DNA of 64,000 bases. Source: a virus. A program made the translations under genes and the position numbers. The notes under the pieces are model-generated. The model worked only from the letters and a program-made list of their open reading frames with translations. It ran no database searches and was not told the DNA's origin. The stretch is taken from the IMG/VR virus record IMGVR_UViG_2706795545_000001; one strand, given 5' to 3'. This document shows, in pieces, positions 59,033 through 64,000 of this stretch. Positions within the stretch are counted from its first letter, which is position 1, and every line of letters begins with the position of its first letter.

Positions 59033-62000
59033 ATGAGTGAAGCGGTAGCGAACACGGTGCTTAATAACATCAACGTTGTAGACGGTCTGCTTAATGATTA
59101 TCAACCAATACCTAACCCACCTTCTTTACCTCCTTCGATTCCTCAGGGTGAAGTAGATAGAATATTAGCACAGTATTACGGCTCTCTATATAAATACTAT
59201 TATCAATACGAGCCAGTAGCCTCTAGTGATATTAAACTCCTGAAGAAAGTAGTAAGTATCCTAAAAAATACCATAAAATTAGCAGAGAATTTGAAAAACG
59301 ATAACCTAGTGCAAACATTAAACCAATACTTATCTAATTATGAAAATGCGTTATCAGGACTAAGGTCTTTTGCCAAAGTTAATCCTTCAGTATTCGAACT
59401 ATTATCTACCGCTTACTCTAACCTTGCTCAAATCCAAAATTTCCCACAATTACCACAATCCCCATCAAACCCCTCTCTCTCGACCCTCGTACAATATTAT
59501 GCAGAATTAGCATCATATTACCAACAAGTAAAAGAGATTGCTAAAGAGGATATACAGAAGATTAATAATGCAATAATGAATTTTCAACAGGCTGGAGCAA
59601 ATATAAGTAAGCTTACATCTGTACTCTCTCAATATAAAGAAATTTATAAAGAAGCACCAGAGTTTTCGCAGTTCTATTCTGCCCTTGCTGAAGTTTATAA
59701 CTTCCTTACTCAGTATGCAAATATTCCAAAACCACCTAAGCCACCTGAAATAGAAAAATCACAGGCTATTCCGTTGCACAATAATCCCTGTTTCGAAGAA
59801 CTAGCACAATATTATGCAGAGTTATCTAGTTGGTTTAGTGAGAACGAGAAGAACATAAAGAACAATATTTCAGTATTATCGAATGCCATATCAACACTTA
59901 AGTCAGCTATCTCCATCGGTCAATCGTTAGGCGTAGATGTGTCTTCATTACAGCAATCACTAGAATGCTATTGTAATTCGTTGAAACAATTAGAAAGCCT
60001 CAATAATCCAAATTATGCACAGTTCTATTCAGCATTATCTAACGCGTACTCATGCTTAGCTAAGTTTATCAACCTACCAGATTTGCCAACTCAGCCTGAG
60101 AACCCAACTGCAGAGCAGGTATCTGAATACTATGCAGAGTTGTCTAGTTGGTTTAGTGAGAATGAGAAGAACATAAAGAATAATATTTCAGCATTATCGA
60201 ATGCTATACCTGAACTTAATTCAGCGATCTCTATCGGTCAGTCTTTAGGCGTAGATGTGTCTTCATTACAGCAATCACTAGAATGCTATTGTAAAATTGA
60301 GAAGAGCCTAGAGAAGCTCACATCTAAAGATTATGCAAAAATATATGGCAAATTATCAAAGGCATACGAGGCAATAGCACAAGCAGAAGATTGCATGCAG
60401 AGCGGGAACTATCAGAGTGCGTACGATATTCTTACGTCTGCGTTACAATCGTTGTTTGAAATAGAGACTGGAAACATAGGTAAGCATGTCGGAAGAGCAG
60501 AAATGGAAACTGCACAGACCAATCCTTCATCCTATACGCCTCCACCAACTCCTCCTAGCGTTAATGAATGTTGTGAATGTGCGATAAAACTGATGTGGAA
60601 CATGGCAGGTGCGTCTTATCATATCGCAGTTGCGAATAATATTATGCAAGGTCTCAACGTTGGTCAGATAAAATCTCTTGCAGAGGCAAGCTCTTACTTC
60701 ACTTCTCTTAAGGAAGCCCTAGCTAATGTAATACCGCAACTATCTACTGCTAACCAGTACCTCCAGGCACTCAATTCCCAACCTATTGACATAGGAGATT
60801 ATAATAACGCTTATCAGATAGCGTCAATATTAGCGGACGGGTTTACTACACTTAATAATGTAGTTACTGAGCTTAACAACACAGTTTCTAAAAGTGATCC
60901 TAATGAAGCAATAAAAACTATAGAACAGCTTAAAGAACAAGTAGCTAAGTATACGAATGTAACATATGAAGCATCTGGAACTGTTTCACAACAAGTAGCT
61001 CAAGCAGTACCTTCACTTACGCAAACCGCACAATGCGTTTGCACAACTCTAACTGCACTCCAAGAAATAGAACAACTGGAAGCCGAAGCACAAGATATGC
61101 TTAATAATCTACCACAACCACCATCAAATTCTACTTATGCAAATACTGCAAATTATTATCAATCAACATCTACTATCTTCACGAGGGTATCTTCATTATA
61201 TAGCCAAGCATCAGCTATCGCTTCTCAAGTCCAATCTTTATCTTCTGCATCTGAACAGCTTTCACAATATGCACAATATTACAGTGTAGTAGGTAAGGCT
61301 TATTCGTATTTAGCACAAGCATACGACGAACTTTGCAATACTAATAACACTCAAAGCTTCGAAGGACTTGCTTCTATTTATAAAACCGCAAATGACCTTG
61401 TAAGTAAGGCTATAGATTGTTTATGTAATAATAAGATTAACAACGAGCAGATAGAGCAGTGCGTACAAAAATTAGCTCACTGCCTGAGCGATTTTAATCA
61501 TCACTTGTACTACCTCTACGAATTCTATTCGTATATGCATTCCCACCACAGTGAATTGAACTACATAATTAACACGTTAAATGGCTACATGCAGAACGTT
61601 CCTTTCAGCCAATCCGAAGGATATAACCTGGTAAAAAGCGGGAACCCACGCCAACAGATAATAAATAAATACCTAGAGCCCGTACAGAGTAAGCTGAATT
61701 CGTTAGTATCTGGAATGAACGGGGATATACAACAAATTTTTATGCAGAACTACGGAAATAAACTGAATTGTTTAATTACAGCGTTATCTTACTACTTGAC
61801 TGCAGTAGCTTATTTAGATTCAGCACAATGCTCACACAGTTCAATTCCTACCGTTGTTTCGTACTTACAAAACGCAGAAAGCTGTTTCAAAAACGCAGTC
61901 CCATACTTCAAGAACATAGGAGGGGACGTAAGCCAGTTATATAGCGAGATTCAAAAGCTCAATAATCAAGTAAATCTGCTGAATAATTTGCAGAATAGAA

Positions 62001-64000
62001 TGGATAATTTGCAGAATTTAATGAACCAAATAAATACGCAATATACTACTCCGCAGTCTGCAGAGTCACTTACTTCTAATTTAATGAATCTGTCGCAGAA
62101 AGCTATGAATTGTATAAACTGCATAAAAAACATTTATGCACAGCTGGGACAGAGCGTCCCTAATTGCCTTTGTGATATGTACAATAAACTTAACAGTATA
62201 TATACAAACGCAAAGAATGAGTACGAATCCCTGACATATCAGAACACAAATTCGTCGAACATATTAGTAGACCTTGTAAACGCAATAAGCGATACAGCAG
62301 AGAATGTATATGCGAATCTAGCGAGTGTTGTAGGTACTGCGTTTAATGATGCAATGAACGACCTCAGCAATTTCATCACCTCCCATATACCTGGCTTACT
62401 TGGTCAGATAATAGCTGGAGTAGTAATAGGGGCGTTATTCGTAGTTGCACAACTAGTCCCAGGTCTTGATGTAGCTGTAGACGTTGCAGGTGTTTTGTCA
62501 ATAATCGCTAGTATACAAGACCTATATCTACAAGGAGTAAGCAACCCTATCCAGATAGCAAGTGACCTTGCTCATGCATTCCTATCCCCAGAATCTATAG
62601 CTATGGTAATAACTGGTATACTAGGTGGAATAGGAATAAGTAGAGTATTAGCTAGCAGAGTATCACCGCTTACAACAAAATTATCAACAGATATTAAGGA
62701 CGTAGGTGACGACGCAGTAACTGACATAGGGACTAAGGTTGATACGCTTATAAAATCCGTTGAAGATTCGGTAAAAGACGATATAAAGAATAACACCGTA
62801 GTTGAAGATATCAAGACCACATTTGATGACATTAAAGCTAAGTTCGATAATCTCACTACCGACCTCACAAAGACTGACTTTGCGAAAGATGTAACAACAA
62901 AGTTCGACGAATTTGATGCTAAATTCAAATCTGTAATAGATAAAATCTCCACAAAGCTAACAGAGCCAAAGGAAGTAAAGCTAAGCACAGATGATTTACA
63001 AATAAGCCCAACAGAACTAAAGATATTGCAGTTAGAGAAGGAAATTTTATCGAATAAGGAGATAATTTCCGTAAAATCCCTCGATGTAAGCGAGATAAAG
63101 GACTTCCTAACATACGAAACTGGAGAAAGGGAGGCTACACTTATAGGTAAAATAAATGAGTCTATTGGAGAAGGAGAAGTATCTTCTAAGCTTATTATAA
63201 ACAAGGAAGGAGAAATTGGCGTAACAACACCAGAATCCCAAGCGTTGGTCAAACCTCCTACTGAAACCTCTCCAGGAGAAATAATAACGAGGCAAGCAAA
63301 CCTCATAAGAGAAACTCAGGGTGCTAAAGTCGTAACTGCAAATATTGAGAACGGCAAGGTAATTTACAGCGAGGTAGTACAGGGAATAGGCGATATGATA
63401 CCAGTCCTCAAGGACGATATTGCTAAAATTGTTACGGACAAATACACAACATTACAGAATCTGTATGCAGAAAAAGGAGTAGAACTACCAGACAGCGTTT
63501 CTAGGATAATATTATCTAAATTACAGAACTTACAGAGCGAAATAAACTCACTTATATATACATCAACAGACGACCTTAACGGAGTATTAGGTACGTTAAA
63601 AGACATTGCAGGCAAACTAGAAGGAACAAAGTTTGAAGATTTAATGTTGCAGAAATTAGAAGCGATAGAAGGGAACTTTGGGCATGAACAATTATTCGCT
63701 AACTTGATTACCACTATAGAAGATGTTAAAGATTTAATTAATATTGCGATTAAATCGGATCCGAAACTGGCAGATTCTCTTAGCGGTGATCTAGACGACT
63801 TGGATTCATATTTATCATCTCTTGAAGACCTAAGCAAAAACTTGAACGACGTATATGATCGTCTGGGCGACCTTACAAATGCGATCAAAAAGCTCAGCCT
63901 TAATACGGACTTACTATCTGTTATGAAAAAACTTGACATTAACGATTTAAGCAACTTGGTAAGTGACTATCTTGACGGCAAGGTTACAATAGATGATTTA
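59033..64000 (+). CDS. giant bicaudavirus structural protein, partial (>1655 aa, no stop in window)
   Basis: ATG 59033 (MSEAVANTVLNN). Frame reads open where checked (62522, 63962-64000), and the track lists no stopped ORF there. Internal YYAELSSWFSENEKNIK repeats, hydrophobic segment near 62400-62650, coiled-coil C-terminal part. Confidence 0.85.
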   Translation, partial: MSEAVANTVLNNINVVDGLLNDYQPIPNPPSLPPSIPQGEVDRILAQYYGSLYKYYYQYEPVASSDIKLLKKVVSILKNTIKLAENLKNDNLVQTLNQYLSNYENALSGLRSFAKVNPSVFELLSTAYSNLAQIQNFPQLPQSPSNPSLSTLVQYYAELASYYQQVKEIAKEDIQKINNAIMNFQQAGANISKLTSVLSQYKEIYKEAPEFSQFYSALAEVYNFLTQYANIPKPPKPPEIEKSQAIPLHNNPCFEELAQYYAELSSWFSENEKNIKNNISVLSNAISTLKSAISIGQSLGVDVSSLQQSLECYCNSLKQLESLNNPNYAQFYSALSNAYSCLAKFINLPDLPTQPENPTAEQVSEYYAELSSWFSENEKNIKNNISALSNAIPELNSAISIGQSLGVDVSSLQQSLECYCKIEKSLEKLTSKDYAKIYGKLSKAYEAIAQAEDCMQSGNYQSAYDILTSALQSLFEIETGNIGKHVGRAEMETAQTNPSSYTPPPTPPSVNECCECAIKLMWNMAGASYHIAVANNIMQGLNVGQIKSLAEASSYFTSLKEALANVIPQLSTANQYLQALNSQPIDIGDYNNAYQIASILADGFTTLNNVVTELNNTVSKSDPNEAIKTIEQLKEQVAKYTNVTYEASGTVSQQVAQAVPSLTQTAQCVCTTLTALQEIEQLEAEAQDMLNNLPQPPSNSTYANTANYYQSTSTIFTRVSSLYSQASAIASQVQSLSSASEQLSQYAQYYSVVGKAYSYLAQAYDELCNTNNTQSFEGLASIYKTANDLVSKAIDCLCNNKINNEQIEQCVQKLAHCLSDFNHHLYYLYEFYSYMHSHHSELNYIINTLNGYMQNVPFSQSEGYNLVKSGNPRQQIINKYLEPVQSKLNSLVSGMNGDIQQIFMQNYGNKLNCLITALSYYLTAVAYLDSAQCSHSSIPTVVSYLQNAESCFKNAVPYFKNIGGDVSQLYSEIQKLNNQVNLLNNLQNRMDNLQNLMNQINTQYTTPQSAESLTSNLMNLSQKAMNCINCIKNIYAQLGQSVPNCLCDMYNKLNSIYTNAKNEYESLTYQNTNSSNILVDLVNAISDTAENVYANLASVVGTAFNDAMNDLSNFITSHIPGLLGQIIAGVVIGALFVVAQLVPGLDVAVDVAGVLSIIASIQDLYLQGVSNPIQIASDLAHAFLSPESIAMVITGILGGIGISRVLASRVSPLTTKLSTDIKDVGDDAVTDIGTKVDTLIKSVEDSVKDDIKNNTVVEDIKTTFDDIKAKFDNLTTDLTKTDFAKDVTTKFDEFDAKFKSVIDKISTKLTEPKEVKLSTDDLQISPTELKILQLEKEILSNKEIISVKSLDVSEIKDFLTYETGEREATLIGKINESIGEGEVSSKLIINKEGEIGVTTPESQALVKPPTETSPGEIITRQANLIRETQGAKVVTANIENGKVIYSEVVQGIGDMIPVLKDDIAKIVTDKYTTLQNLYAEKGVELPDSVSRIILSKLQNLQSEINSLIYTSTDDLNGVLGTLKDIAGKLEGTKFEDLMLQKLEAIEGNFGHEQLFANLITTIEDVKDLINIAIKSDPKLADSLSGDLDDLDSYLSSLEDLSKNLNDVYDRLGDLTNAIKKLSLNTDLLSVMKKLDINDLSNLVSDYLDGKVTIDDL

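Noticed and set aside
62572-63954. Minus-strand ORFs of 244, 196 and 62 aa
   Set aside because: Antisense shadows of the giant plus-strand ORF.

Overview
A 64-kb, AT-rich, gene-dense stretch of a large spindle-shaped crenarchaeal virus (Bicaudaviridae: ATV/STSV/SMV/ATSV-like; host probably Sulfolobales). The call rests on a 135-aa major coat protein (30472-30879) that from memory closely resembles the Acidianus tailed spindle virus MCP. Supporting genes are a MoxR ATPase and vWA pair, further AAA ATPases, a ParB-like protein, ThyX, a small tyrosine integrase, glycosylation genes, many membrane proteins and a giant ORF (>1650 aa) that runs off the window and is absent from the ORF track. The standout is 4826-6780. 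A 343-aa protein with an IS110/Nop-like RNA-binding core, two Zn ribbons and no recognisable nuclease is followed 1 bp later by 24 units of 38 nt: 13-nt repeat TGCACA(C/T)AAGCAA, 9-nt spacer, 7-nt repeat TCAATAA, 9-nt spacer. This is the architecture of a TIGR-Tas dual-guide RNA system (TasA-like). Other observations: a CRISPR-like mini-array (8379-8557), a tnpB-less IS200/IS605 MITE retaining omega-RNA-like sequence, an intact IS607 (tnpA+tnpB), a 20-bp palindrome in at least 13 intergenic sites, a diverged MCP paralogue, a viral Sul7d, AcrID1-like genes, and a class II CCA-adding enzyme near a HAD phosphatase. Family assignments come from motif recognition by eye; no database searches were run.
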